The notes: generated by a model not told the origin, from the letters alone. Positions 9,491-18,738 are shown, counted from the stretch's first letter. The stretch: 64,000 nucleotides of DNA from Candidatus Moraniibacteriota bacterium (GCA_049297495.1 JBAQUL010000035.1:21203-85202), one strand, 5' to 3'. Program-made: numbers and translations.

Positions 9491-9528
9491 TTTCATGTTT
9501 CATGTTTCATGTTTCATGTTTCATGTTT
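9491..9528. repeat. Tandem heptamer (tttcatg)x5 immediately 3' of the trxA stop codon
   Basis: tttcatgtttcatgtttcatgtttcatgtttcatg read directly. Degenerate copies of the same motif form the 5' leader of smc (about 21593-21640). Confidence 0.8.
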
Positions 9529-9842
9529 TACGCCTTCTCCAGCGCCTCCTTCAAAACTTCCTTCGCCTGCATTCCCACAAATTCTTGCACTACTTTTCCG
9601 CCTTTGAAAATCTTAAGCGCGGGAATGGACATGATGGCGAAATCCTGGGCAGTCTTGGAATTTTCATCTACATTAATTTTCCCCACTTTAGCTTTTCCAT
9701 CAAATTCCTTGGCCAATTCTTCGATAATTGGACCCATGGCTAGGCATGGTCCACACCAAGGCGCCCAGAAATCCACCAAAACCGGCTTATCACTTTTTAA
9801 AACTTCCGCCTCAAAATTTTGATCCGTAAATACTTGTTCCAT
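9528..9842 (-). CDS. trxA: Thioredoxin
   Basis: WAPWCGPC active site, 104 aa. Confidence 0.9.
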   Translation of the reverse strand: MEQVFTDQNFEAEVLKSDKPVLVDFWAPWCGPCLAMGPIIEELAKEFDGKAKVGKINVDENSKTAQDFAIMSIPALKIFKGGKVVQEFVGMQAKEVLKEALEKA

Positions 9843-9912
9843 ATGATATTTAATCTGTTAATCATAAATTTAGCTATAATTAACAAATTGTAAGTTAAAA
9901 AATTATCCTCAC

Positions 9913-10028
9913 GAATTTCAAAATCCTAATATCAAATTTCCAATCAAATCCAAAGCTCAAAGCTCAAGATATTTTTGACATTTGAATTTTTAATTTGGTT
10001 TGACATTGGAAATTTGAGTTTTGAAATT
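9913..10028. repeat. Palindromic intergenic element of the 'aatttccaat / caaatccaaagctcaaa / tttgacattggaaattt' family (solo copy)
   Basis: Left half gaatttcaaaatcctaatatcaaatttccaatcaaatccaaagctcaaagctcaag, right half tttgacattggaaatttgagttttgaaatt. Same family at 53586-53662, 54938-54987/55357-55380 and 57812-57941. Confidence 0.65.
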
Positions 10029-10072
10029 ATCTTAATTTGATTTTAATATCAACATATACGAAGATGGATTTT

Positions 10073-10786
10073 TTATCCCCCAAACCGTCTTTGTCTTCTC
10101 GTATATTCCGCCAACGCTTCCTCAAACTTTTCCTCATTAAAATCAGGAAACTTTTCAGGTGAAAAAAATAGTTGCGCGTCAGCCACGTCCCACATCATAA
10201 ACCCGGCGCTATTGTGAGGCTCGCCCCCGGTCCTGATCATATAATCCACTGGTGGAATTTTGGCAGTCATCAAATTTTCCTTAACTATCTCTGCGGTAAT
10301 CTTCATGCCTTTTTCATATTTAGCGCCAATTTTCTCAATCGCATAAAGCATCTCGTCCGTTCCTCCGTAGGCTAGCATAAAATTCAACATTCGTTTTTGA
10401 TAATTTTTTGTTTTTTCCAATACCGCATAAATTATCTGCTTTAGAGAATCTGGAAATTGTTCTTCCCAGCGACCAATAAAATTCACCTGAACCTCATTCT
10501 CATAGATCTCTTTTCCTTCAAGCATTTTTGTGAAATAGCGTTTATAGATATCCAATAGCGCTTTTTTCTCTTCCAGCGGCCGCTTGGTCAGATTATCAAT
10601 AGACGATCCCCAAATAGAAAGACACTCAATTCCTCTTTTCAAAGAATAGCTAATTATTTTTTCAAAATTTTCCGCCCCAGCCTCATGCCCCTTCCAGGAT
10701 GGAAGACCTTTTTCCCGTGCCCAACGCCGATTAGCATCAGGAATAATCGCAACATGTTTTGGCAAATTGTCCGACTTATTTTCCAT
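10073..10786 (-). CDS. uppS: Undecaprenyl-diphosphate synthase (cis-prenyltransferase)
   Basis: HVAIIPDANRRWA motif and cis-IPPS fold signatures. Confidence 0.88.
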   Translation of the reverse strand: MENKSDNLPKHVAIIPDANRRWAREKGLPSWKGHEAGAENFEKIISYSLKRGIECLSIWGSSIDNLTKRPLEEKKALLDIYKRYFTKMLEGKEIYENEVQVNFIGRWEEQFPDSLKQIIYAVLEKTKNYQKRMLNFMLAYGGTDEMLYAIEKIGAKYEKGMKITAEIVKENLMTAKIPPVDYMIRTGGEPHNSAGFMMWDVADAQLFFSPEKFPDFNEEKFEEALAEYTRRQRRFGG

Positions 10787-10803
10787 AATCTAATAACACT
10801 TAA

Positions 10804-11895
10804 TTAAACCTCTCTTTTTATAATATACTCTGCGATACCCTCTAGAAATTCTTTCGCTTCATTATTCTTAAACTCAATGCCCTTTAAGGCCCTGAGCGAT
10901 ATCGCAACCAGCTTCTCGGCCAATTCACGAGAATAGTCCAGAGATCCGGTTTCTCGAATAATCTTTCGAAACTCCCCTATCTCACCTTTCGTCAAATCTT
11001 TTTTTCCAAGCAACCGCCTTATCCTGTCAACTTGGCGCGCATCTCCAGTTTGAAGAGCCTTAAAAACCAATAGCGTTTGCTTTCCTTCTATTATATCAGC
11101 TCCAACAGATTTGCCTAGTTTTTTCTCATCACCAAAAACTCCCAAAATATCATCACGAATCTGAAAGGCTTTTCCAACCGGCAAAGAATAAGCGGAAAAG
11201 GCCTCTAGCAGCTTGGAATTATTTTCTTGCCCCGCAAGAACTGCGCCAAGGTGCAGGGGTCCTTCAAATGTATAGCAAGCGGTTTTTCCTTCATGCATAC
11301 GCGCTATTTCCCCCTCTGTCGCCGCTCCCTTTGCGCCCATCAAAACATCCACCATCTCACCAGGGATAGTCCGCGCCACGATTATCTGAATCCTCCTAAG
11401 AGCACTCAGGATTATTTTCGGTTCAAAATCAATGTCATAAAGAATCTGACTCGCCATCGCATGAGCATAGTCACCAGTTACAATCGCCATCGAATTGCCA
11501 AAATGCATCGCCTCACTATCTGAAAGTCTCAATCTTTTGCCCCATTTGTAATAGGTCTTATGTACTGTTTCAATGCCATGTCGCGTATCATCTCGATCAA
11601 TAATATCGTCATGAATCAAGAGAAAAGCGTGCACCAATTCAATCGCCATAGAAGCCTTGACTATCTTTTTATCATCCTTGCCCCCCGCTGCTAGATAACC
11701 ATAGTAAGTCAACGCTGGACGCACTCTTTTTCCACCGGAAAGCACAAATTTTTCAATTATCTTAATGGTTTTAACGGCTAATGGATCGACTTTCTTGGCC
11801 TGAATAATCTTGGTCAAAAAGTATTCTTTCAGATGAGGGTCTAGGCGCTTTTTGTAGGCTTTCAACATTTCGATAGCTTGCAGATTGTTTTTCAT
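10804..11895 (-). CDS. trans-Polyprenyl diphosphate synthase (IspA/IspB family)
   Basis: Aspartate-rich motifs LLIHDDIIDRDDTRHG and FQIRDDILG. Confidence 0.8.
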   Translation of the reverse strand: MKNNLQAIEMLKAYKKRLDPHLKEYFLTKIIQAKKVDPLAVKTIKIIEKFVLSGGKRVRPALTYYGYLAAGGKDDKKIVKASMAIELVHAFLLIHDDIIDRDDTRHGIETVHKTYYKWGKRLRLSDSEAMHFGNSMAIVTGDYAHAMASQILYDIDFEPKIILSALRRIQIIVARTIPGEMVDVLMGAKGAATEGEIARMHEGKTACYTFEGPLHLGAVLAGQENNSKLLEAFSAYSLPVGKAFQIRDDILGVFGDEKKLGKSVGADIIEGKQTLLVFKALQTGDARQVDRIRRLLGKKDLTKGEIGEFRKIIRETGSLDYSRELAEKLVAISLRALKGIEFKNNEAKEFLEGIAEYIIKREV

Positions 11896-12304
11896 TAGTT
11901 TAACCCTTAAATTTATTTTAAACTTTCATCTCTATAATATACTAGAAAACCAGACACTTGTCGAGAAATCAACCACTCAATAAAAAAACACCTCACTGAG
12001 GCATTTTTTCATGTTTTTGAAGATATTTATATAATTAAAAAAAACTTATTTTTAGGCGGACCAAATAATTGCCTTGAGTCCAATTTTTTCGACGATTGGC
12101 GTGGGTAATTCAATTGCCCGCGCAAACAATCTGCCGTCATCTGGTCCTGGAAAAAATATGCTCAAATTATCTCACCCCCAACCGTCAAAGCACATTTCTC
12201 AAGGTTCTTTTTTATTATATCAAAGGCAAGGTTAAATTTTTGTTAAAAAAATAGGACCCATCGCTTATTAGGCAATGAGTCCCGGGAAGGGTATTTTTTC
12301 ATAG

Positions 12305-13561
12305 CTACCTCCGTCCTCCAATCCTGGCATCCATTTGGCCGCAAGCGGATCCAATTTCGTCACCAAGAAGAATAAGAACTCGGCAGGGCACTTTAGCGGA
12401 ATCGAAAATTCCTTTCATCTGCATAATCCGTTCTTCAGTTGCAGGATTAAAACTTCCAACTCGCATAGCCTTTGTTAATTTAGCCTCAATTCTCTTCCGG
12501 CCTAGTAGCAATTCCACCATAGCGGCAGTAACTCTTTGAGAAGAATTCACTCCTTGAAAAATGGAGAAATTTGCGCATCCAGGATTTAGGCTATAGCAAG
12601 AAAACTCCTCGACTAAATCGAGTACTGGCTCCAACAAAGATCCTTTGGTTGCTGGCATTATCTCAAGCCTTTTTTTATCTTCCGGAATATGCACCGAGAT
12701 TTGAATCTCAACAATTCTCGGATCACCACGAAATCTTCTCACAAATTCCGCTAATTTTGAGAGTATGCCAACCGTAGAAACAGCAACGGAATATCGATCA
12801 CTATCCAAACCGTCAACAAACCGAGCGATATTATCAATGTTCGATGTTGGTTCGCCCATTCCCATGATAGAGATTAGGATTTTTTGCCTGCGGTCGTTGG
12901 GATATTCTTGCTCGCTTACCTGCTTCCACAGTTCTGCTTCAGTTAAGTTTCTGGCAGGATATCCCCGTGTTCTTGTGGATATGCCTGTTTCACAAAACTT
13001 GCAACCCATATTACACCCATTCTGCGAAGAAATGCAAATCACATCAGAAGCACCTCGTCGTCGATTCGGTAGATATAGTCTGGCGGATTCCATTGGCCCA
13101 TCAACAAATAACTCACGAATGGTTTTGTCCGCTGATTGCTCAACATACATTTTTTCATGGAAGCCACGTTCTCTGATTTTAGATGCCTTATTGAGGAACT
13201 CCAGGATGAGATCGAGAGAAACGGGCTTGCTTATGAAAAAGGTCACGCCCAGCTCTTGTGTGCAAATCTTAACCTTATTTTCATCCGCATAACCAGTGAG
13301 AATGATTACCTGGTTATAAATCCCGTTTTCCCTCAACCATCTCACAAAATCGATTCCGTTCAAATCACCACCAAAACCAATATCCGTTAGAAAGACCCCG
13401 TCATACCTATCCATCTTTTGAAGAATTTTTATGGCTTTTTCCGGGGACGACGCGAAAATTATTTCGTGTCCAAGTCGCGAAAGAAATACAGACAACATTC
13501 CTACAATCATATTATCATCTTCCACAATGAAAACTTGCATATCTTTTCCTCCTTCTTTCAA
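12305..13561 (-). CDS. Response-regulator receiver domain fused to an RlmN/Cfr-type radical-SAM methyltransferase domain
   Basis: N-terminal REC with all conserved residues (VEDD, VFLTD, ILTGY, ISKP). C-terminal part has ICISSQNGCNMGCKFCETG (CX3CX2C), SIMGMGEP, VSTVG and SACGQ, matching RlmN motifs (CVSSQVGC..C..C, FMGMGEP, VSTSG, AACGQ). Confidence 0.8.
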   Translation of the reverse strand: MKEGGKDMQVFIVEDDNMIVGMLSVFLSRLGHEIIFASSPEKAIKILQKMDRYDGVFLTDIGFGGDLNGIDFVRWLRENGIYNQVIILTGYADENKVKICTQELGVTFFISKPVSLDLILEFLNKASKIRERGFHEKMYVEQSADKTIRELFVDGPMESARLYLPNRRRGASDVICISSQNGCNMGCKFCETGISTRTRGYPARNLTEAELWKQVSEQEYPNDRRQKILISIMGMGEPTSNIDNIARFVDGLDSDRYSVAVSTVGILSKLAEFVRRFRGDPRIVEIQISVHIPEDKKRLEIMPATKGSLLEPVLDLVEEFSCYSLNPGCANFSIFQGVNSSQRVTAAMVELLLGRKRIEAKLTKAMRVGSFNPATEERIMQMKGIFDSAKVPCRVLILLGDEIGSACGQMDARIGGRR

Positions 13562-13569
13562 AGTTATTT

Positions 13570-14766
13570 TTATTTTAAATTACTATTTCTCGGAAAAGTA
13601 ACAACGAATGTCGCACCCTTCCCGAGTCCCTCACTTCCTGCCTTCAGCACACCTCCATGCGCTGAAACTATTTTTTGACAGATTGCCAGACCCAGTCCAA
13701 ACCCCCGTTTTTCAATATTCCCTCCTGTGGTTTTTTCAACTTGAAAAAACGGTTCGGTAACGTACTCTAGCATATGCTTCTCAATCCCACAACCGTCATC
13801 TTTGAAAAATATCCTTGTATCATTTTTGTCTTGCTTGATAAGAATTTCCAGTTTTCCTTTTTCTCTCCCAAACTTAAGGGAATTCTCAATTAGATTGCTC
13901 ACTAAAGTGATTATCTTAGCCTTGTCAGCGCGCAACGTGATCTGCCCAATAGCTGTTTTTTTCAACTGGATGGTAATCTTTTTATTTTTAGCAATGATAC
14001 GATAACTTCCCACTAGCTCATTAATCAAACTTACTAGATTAAACGTTTCCAACTGCAACGAATTGGCATAAACTTCTGATCGACTCACCGAAACCAGCTC
14101 AGAAACAATTTTACTCATTCTTTCAATTTCTCGCTTAACTTCCTCATTGCATTCAATCTTTAGCGGACTCGCACCCTGATCCTCCAGGGCTAGCAGGTCC
14201 AAATTGCCGCGAATAATCGTCAGGATGGTTTTTATCTCATGCGCGATATTAGAAATTAAAACACCTTTCTCATTGGAAAGCTTTTTTAGTTTTGCGTTAG
14301 CCAGTGTTAATTCATCCGTCCTTTCTTTGACTCGCTTTTCTAGTGTTGCGTTTAATTTTAATAATTTTTGCTTCGCCAAATGCCGCGCAGTCCCATCTTT
14401 AGCAATAGAATAGGCTCCGATTATTTCTCCATCCAAATCACGCAACGGTCCAACTATAAAATCCAAAAAACGCCGCGTTGTTGTTGATCGCGACTTATAG
14501 GAATAATTAAACACCTCCGATATCTTTCCTTCTTTCAAAGCAAGATTGATTTTTTCATACAAATACTCATTCTTCCGCGTGCCATCAGTTGTTAATTCAG
14601 AAGTGAATCCCCGCGAACTATCTTTTCCTGCAAGATGATAGAAGAAAGAATTAACAAAAATTCTTTTGCCATTTTTGTCAAAAATATTAACACTAACTGG
14701 AATATTATCCATAATACTCCTCCGAAGCCCTGGGCTTATCTCAGATTCTTTTTTTGACTTATTCAT
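13570..14766 (-). CDS. Cytoplasmic sensor histidine kinase (PAS-HisKA-HATPase_c)
   Basis: PAS-like N-terminus, H-box ISNIAHEIKT, and N/G1/G2 boxes (LIENSLKF, DDGCGIE, GFGLGLAI). No TM segment. Confidence 0.85.
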   Translation of the reverse strand: MNKSKKESEISPGLRRSIMDNIPVSVNIFDKNGKRIFVNSFFYHLAGKDSSRGFTSELTTDGTRKNEYLYEKINLALKEGKISEVFNYSYKSRSTTTRRFLDFIVGPLRDLDGEIIGAYSIAKDGTARHLAKQKLLKLNATLEKRVKERTDELTLANAKLKKLSNEKGVLISNIAHEIKTILTIIRGNLDLLALEDQGASPLKIECNEEVKREIERMSKIVSELVSVSRSEVYANSLQLETFNLVSLINELVGSYRIIAKNKKITIQLKKTAIGQITLRADKAKIITLVSNLIENSLKFGREKGKLEILIKQDKNDTRIFFKDDGCGIEKHMLEYVTEPFFQVEKTTGGNIEKRGFGLGLAICQKIVSAHGGVLKAGSEGLGKGATFVVTFPRNSNLK

Positions 14767-14772
14767 AGGACA

Positions 14773-15447
14773 TTAATAGATGCGATAACCTGATTTAGGG
14801 ACAGTATGAATGAGATCAGAGTTATTGTTGAGTTTTTTCATCTTTGCTTTTAGACGACTAATGGTTGCTGTGACCGTATTGGATATGTTTTCTTTTTCGC
14901 CCCAAACATTTTCACTCAGCATCGTTCTGGTGCAAAAGCGATTTTGATTTCTGATGAGATATTCTAAGAGTTTAAATTCAGTTAATGTAATCTTTAAAGG
15001 TTTGTTATTTATGGTCGCGGTTCGCGTAGCCAAATCAAGCACCAAGGAATCAACCTTGAGTTTTACTTCCGATGATAATTTTTCCCGCCTCCCCAGTGCT
15101 CGCACCCGAGCATTCAATTCTTCCAGCGAAAAAGGCTTGGTCATATAATCATCCGCGCCAATATTCAAACTCAAAACTTTGCTGTCCAAATCACTTTTGG
15201 CGGTGAGCATCAAAATTTTCAAATCCAAGCCAATTTTACGGATATGTCGACAAACTTCAAAGCCATCCGCTCCAGGCAAAAACACATCCAAAATAGCCAA
15301 ATCGTAATCATAAATTTCCATCCGTTCCATCGCTTCTGCTCCATCATCAATATGATCAACAAGATGACCACTACGCTCCAATCCATTTTTGATGATTCTG
15401 GCAATCGCAGGCTCATCCTCAACTACAAGTATTTTCATATTTTTCAA
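14773..15447 (-). CDS. OmpR-family response regulator (REC plus winged-helix)
   Basis: MKILVVEDE, LDVFLPGADG and LMLTAK motifs. C-terminal LTLTEFKLLEYL...GYRIY trans_reg_C domain. Confidence 0.85.
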   Translation of the reverse strand: MKNMKILVVEDEPAIARIIKNGLERSGHLVDHIDDGAEAMERMEIYDYDLAILDVFLPGADGFEVCRHIRKIGLDLKILMLTAKSDLDSKVLSLNIGADDYMTKPFSLEELNARVRALGRREKLSSEVKLKVDSLVLDLATRTATINNKPLKITLTEFKLLEYLIRNQNRFCTRTMLSENVWGEKENISNTVTATISRLKAKMKKLNNNSDLIHTVPKSGYRIY

Positions 15448-15527
15448 AAAAATTATGACTACTTGTATTATAGTCTAACTATAGGTTAAAAAAAGGTTAA
15501 AAAAGCACCTCAACCCAATCGTGACTT

Positions 15528-16256
15528 TTAGTATAAATAATGTTCCAAAGTATAGATCCAGTTTTCATCATTTCCCTCGCCCTGATCTCTTGCCCTAATT
15601 TTTTCATTCAAGAGCCATTGCAAATAGCCCCGATCGCGTCTGGCAACATCTGCCACGCTCACGCCGATATACTTCCCAAAATTAAACTTCTTAACTAAAA
15701 TTGGGCGAGAAGAAATAGCTAGCATTTCCCCAATCGAAGTCACTTCATCCTTTCCCTCAATTAACATTTTCTGGAGATAGTAATCAAACAATTTTTCTAA
15801 AACGCGAATATCTCCCAAGGCATCATGCGCCGGAGCATCTAGCACTTCTAGGTCATGATAATAGCGCAAATATTGCAGAGCATATTTGGGAATCTCGCCA
15901 CTAGCATCAAAATATTGCGCTAGCTTGAAAGTATCAATCATTGATTTCGGTTCCAAATTTTCCCGCCTGAGCATTTCTGCATCAAACCCAACATTGTGCG
16001 CCACTAAAATATGTTCTCCGGAAAAAATTTCCGCTAAATGCTTTTGCATCTCAGAGTCAATAAAAGGCTCCTTGTCAGCCACCATTCGATTGGTAATATG
16101 CGCCACGGCCATGGCATCGATACCAATTGGAACAGGCGGTTTAAAAAGAGCTTCTTTTTCCAGTCCTTGAAATTTATACGCTACCTGACATAAACGATCG
16201 TCCGGTCCAATACCAGTCGTTTCTGTATCTAAGAAAATTAGATGTGATTTATCCAT
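15528..16256 (-). CDS. DnaQ-like DEDDh 3'-5' exonuclease with a C-terminal accessory domain
   Basis: Exo motifs IFLDTETTG, VAHNVGFD and HDALGD. Confidence 0.7.
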   Translation of the reverse strand: MDKSHLIFLDTETTGIGPDDRLCQVAYKFQGLEKEALFKPPVPIGIDAMAVAHITNRMVADKEPFIDSEMQKHLAEIFSGEHILVAHNVGFDAEMLRRENLEPKSMIDTFKLAQYFDASGEIPKYALQYLRYYHDLEVLDAPAHDALGDIRVLEKLFDYYLQKMLIEGKDEVTSIGEMLAISSRPILVKKFNFGKYIGVSVADVARRDRGYLQWLLNEKIRARDQGEGNDENWIYTLEHYLY

Positions 16257-16344
16257 TATTTTTGAAAGTTATTATTTACCAGTAACCTCATCCATTATGA
16301 CACATTATTTATCAGTAGCAAATAAACAATCCACGAACTCACCA

Positions 16345-16983
16345 CTATTCCCTATCCGTAAACACCACTAATCGCTGAGAATAACTCTTGGCGTCTTTAT
16401 CCCAAACTCCTTCACAAGTAATGAGATTGAGATGCGCATGCCCATCACTTGAACTAAATATTTCTGAAGCGTCTACATCTGGGTCATAACTTCGGCTTTC
16501 ACGCACCACAAAAGGAATACTCACACCTTCAGCATCTTCAATGTATAATTTATCGCCTTTGCTCAATTTGTGCAGATTATCAAACACAGATTTCTTTCCA
16601 CCCTTCCATAAACCATAATGACCAGCAATAACCGCGCTGCCACTTTCTCCGGGACGAGTTCCCAATTTGAACCACCCCACCTCATCAGGACCTTTTGGTG
16701 TATCCATTGCTCCAGTAGAAGTAAGCCCTAGAGAATCAACAGCAGAATCGACATCAATCCCGGGAATCTTGAGCCGCACCGGCACACCAAAATTTATCTG
16801 CTCTTGTTTTGGAAAAAAATCAACCTCTTTGGTAGACGACGTCACATCATCAAAAGCCTGCCTCGCTATGGATAACCGGATAAAATAAAAAAGGAGCGCT
16901 GCAAAAAACACAACTCCCGCTAGATTGACTACTAATAATATTCGTCCGGCTGAACTTTTTGATGAATACATAAATAATCTCAA
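16345..16983 (-). CDS. Sortase (class E-like)
   Basis: N-terminal TM anchor, VIAGH catalytic His, LITC catalytic Cys motif, conserved C-terminal Arg. Confidence 0.75.
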   Translation of the reverse strand: MRLFMYSSKSSAGRILLVVNLAGVVFFAALLFYFIRLSIARQAFDDVTSSTKEVDFFPKQEQINFGVPVRLKIPGIDVDSAVDSLGLTSTGAMDTPKGPDEVGWFKLGTRPGESGSAVIAGHYGLWKGGKKSVFDNLHKLSKGDKLYIEDAEGVSIPFVVRESRSYDPDVDASEIFSSSDGHAHLNLITCEGVWDKDAKSYSQRLVVFTDRE

Positions 16984-17099
16984 AAAAAGTCAAACCAGCT
17001 TCGGTCCGACTTTTTATCTATCAGAAAACCAGGAAAGTAAAAATTTTTAATTTCTTCAACACCCAAAACTAAAATAAAAACTGCTTTTAAGTTAGTTAG

Positions 17100-18275
17100 C
17101 TAGAGGAGATTAAGAATCGATGACACTTTTTGGATGACAGCCTCCCATAGGCTGCTATTTTCTTCATCCGGACCAATTCCCGCATTTGGAAGACCTGGGA
17201 CAGAAACGGTGACAGTCACCTTGTCCGTATCTTTTACTTCCTCACCGTTGGTTCCGCGAGCAGTAGCTGTGTTCGTTTCAGTTTCCGAAACTAGCTTAGT
17301 ACACGTATATCTCCACCTCTCATTAGTATCTAGTTTTGAATCATGATCTCCATCGCCAGAAACAAATTTCACAGGGCTACATTTGTCATCCTTAACTGAT
17401 ACAAACTTCAATGCACCATCGCCTTCATTCCTCACATCATAGGTATAAGTGACAAACCCGGGACCGGAATATAGGGCTGAGGGAGTGGCTCTTTTTTTAA
17501 CACTAATGTCGACATCGCCGCTGTCATCATCCTCATCATCATCGTCGCTATCATCCCCTGATGAAGAATCGCATATTGCCCGAGTAATCGTATTTGTATC
17601 AAGAGTGACAGCGCCATTTCTCGCCAATACTCGACCCTCTATAGTGGCACTGTTGTTTAGTGTAATAGATGTTAAGGCTAAGATGTTTCCACTAAAATCT
17701 GTTGTTGTTCCGAGCGTTGCTGAACTAGTGATTTGCCAAAAAACATGGCATGCTTGTCCGCTATTAGTCATTACAACATTACTATTTGATGCCGTAGTAA
17801 GCGCAGAGCCAATCTGAAAGATAAAAACTGCATCCGCGTTACCTTGAGCATCAAGCGTTAATGTTCCCGTTAACTGAGCTGAACTACTAAAGCAATAAGT
17901 GCCCGGCGTGAGCGTAAGCCCACCCAAATCTTGACCCGTCAAATCCACATCACATGACTGACCAGCAGCGGAATTATAGGCCGTAACCAAATCGTCCTTG
18001 GCTCCTTGTGTAACTGCATCGCCAGCGTGATTTGTTCCATTCAAGACAACATTTCCGATCCCTGTGATAGACGTCGTTGGAAATGTTCCAATATCGCCCG
18101 TTATTGTAGTTGAGTTAACCGCACCTGCGATTGTAATCCCCGAACCACCCAAAACCGCAAAATTTCCAGCCGTGCCAAGATTCACATTGGTCGCAGCCTC
18201 AACTTTTCCGAAGAAACCGAACACGGTCGCAAAAACCAAAATAACAACCATGGCAACCCAACTAAATTTTTTCAT
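17100..18275 (-). CDS. Secreted protein: DUF3494 (ice-binding-like) N-domain plus DUF11 repeat, acidic linker, C-terminal LPNAG motif
   Basis: Signal peptide. LGTAGNFAVLGGSGITIAGAVNSTTITGDIG is the hallmark DUF3494 start. DUF11-like segment GPGFVTYTYDVRNEGDGAL...VSGDGDHD..L...ERWRYTC. Poly-Asp/Glu stretch. C-terminal PGLPNAGIG. Confidence 0.6.
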   Translation of the reverse strand: MKKFSWVAMVVILVFATVFGFFGKVEAATNVNLGTAGNFAVLGGSGITIAGAVNSTTITGDIGTFPTTSITGIGNVVLNGTNHAGDAVTQGAKDDLVTAYNSAAGQSCDVDLTGQDLGGLTLTPGTYCFSSSAQLTGTLTLDAQGNADAVFIFQIGSALTTASNSNVVMTNSGQACHVFWQITSSATLGTTTDFSGNILALTSITLNNSATIEGRVLARNGAVTLDTNTITRAICDSSSGDDSDDDDEDDDSGDVDISVKKRATPSALYSGPGFVTYTYDVRNEGDGALKFVSVKDDKCSPVKFVSGDGDHDSKLDTNERWRYTCTKLVSETETNTATARGTNGEEVKDTDKVTVTVSVPGLPNAGIGPDEENSSLWEAVIQKVSSILNLL

Positions 18276-18398
18276 CTTTTTATTTTATTAATTATTCATT
18301 TTTAGGTAAAATTTCACTAGGTAAACTATACCACAAGAGCAAAAAGTTGACAACACACTTGTACTAAACTTGTCAAGCCCGAAGCAATTTAAAATAAA

Positions 18399-18428
18399 AC
18401 GCCCGCTATGTTCACACATAGGGGGCGT
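18399..18428 (-). terminator. Rho-independent terminator (minus strand) after the small ORF 18454..18738
   Basis: aacgcccgctatg-ttcaca-catagggggcgtt hairpin, followed on the minus strand by tttattttaaatt. Confidence 0.6.
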
Positions 18429-18453
18429 TGCCAAGCATTTCCGCTTCTTGTTG

Positions 18454-18738
18454 TCAAATTATTGACCAGTCGACGTTAGCCACAGTTCTTCCTTTCTCAC
18501 GATCTCCGCAAACGATGGCGAAAAACGGTAAAAGAGAAGGTAGACTATCGGGACTATTCCTGATCGTATCAATGTAAAGCTGGTTAAGCACCATGCGCAT
18601 TCCTGCGCTACGATCATCGATGCCGTTTCCCGCGACCAATGCTTCGCAAAGTAAGAATTGGATTTCCACGCGCCGCTTCCCAGTACAATCAGATTTAGCG
18701 GCTTCTTCAAGCAATTCTTTTAATTGCCTTTGTTTCAT
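18454..18738 (-). CDS. Small hypothetical protein (94 aa) in a locally GC-richer segment next to tRNA-Glu
   Basis: ORF with a downstream terminator. GC content is visibly higher than the flanks. No family recognised. An alternative overlapping frame (18459..18710) exists. Confidence 0.3.
   Translation of the reverse strand: MKQRQLKELLEEAAKSDCTGKRRVEIQFLLCEALVAGNGIDDRSAGMRMVLNQLYIDTIRNSPDSLPSLLPFFAIVCGDREKGRTVANVDWSII

Noticed and set aside
9491-9528. CRISPR array candidate (tandem repeats here, at 44420-44451 and elsewhere)
   Set aside because: The repeat units are 7-8 nt with no spacers. No 25-40-nt repeat/spacer architecture and no cas genes are present in the window.
11981-12010. Terminator hairpin cctcactgagg after the REC-rSAM gene
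   Set aside because: The stem is only 4-5 bp with a 1-3-nt loop. It is too weak to call despite the flanking A/T runs.
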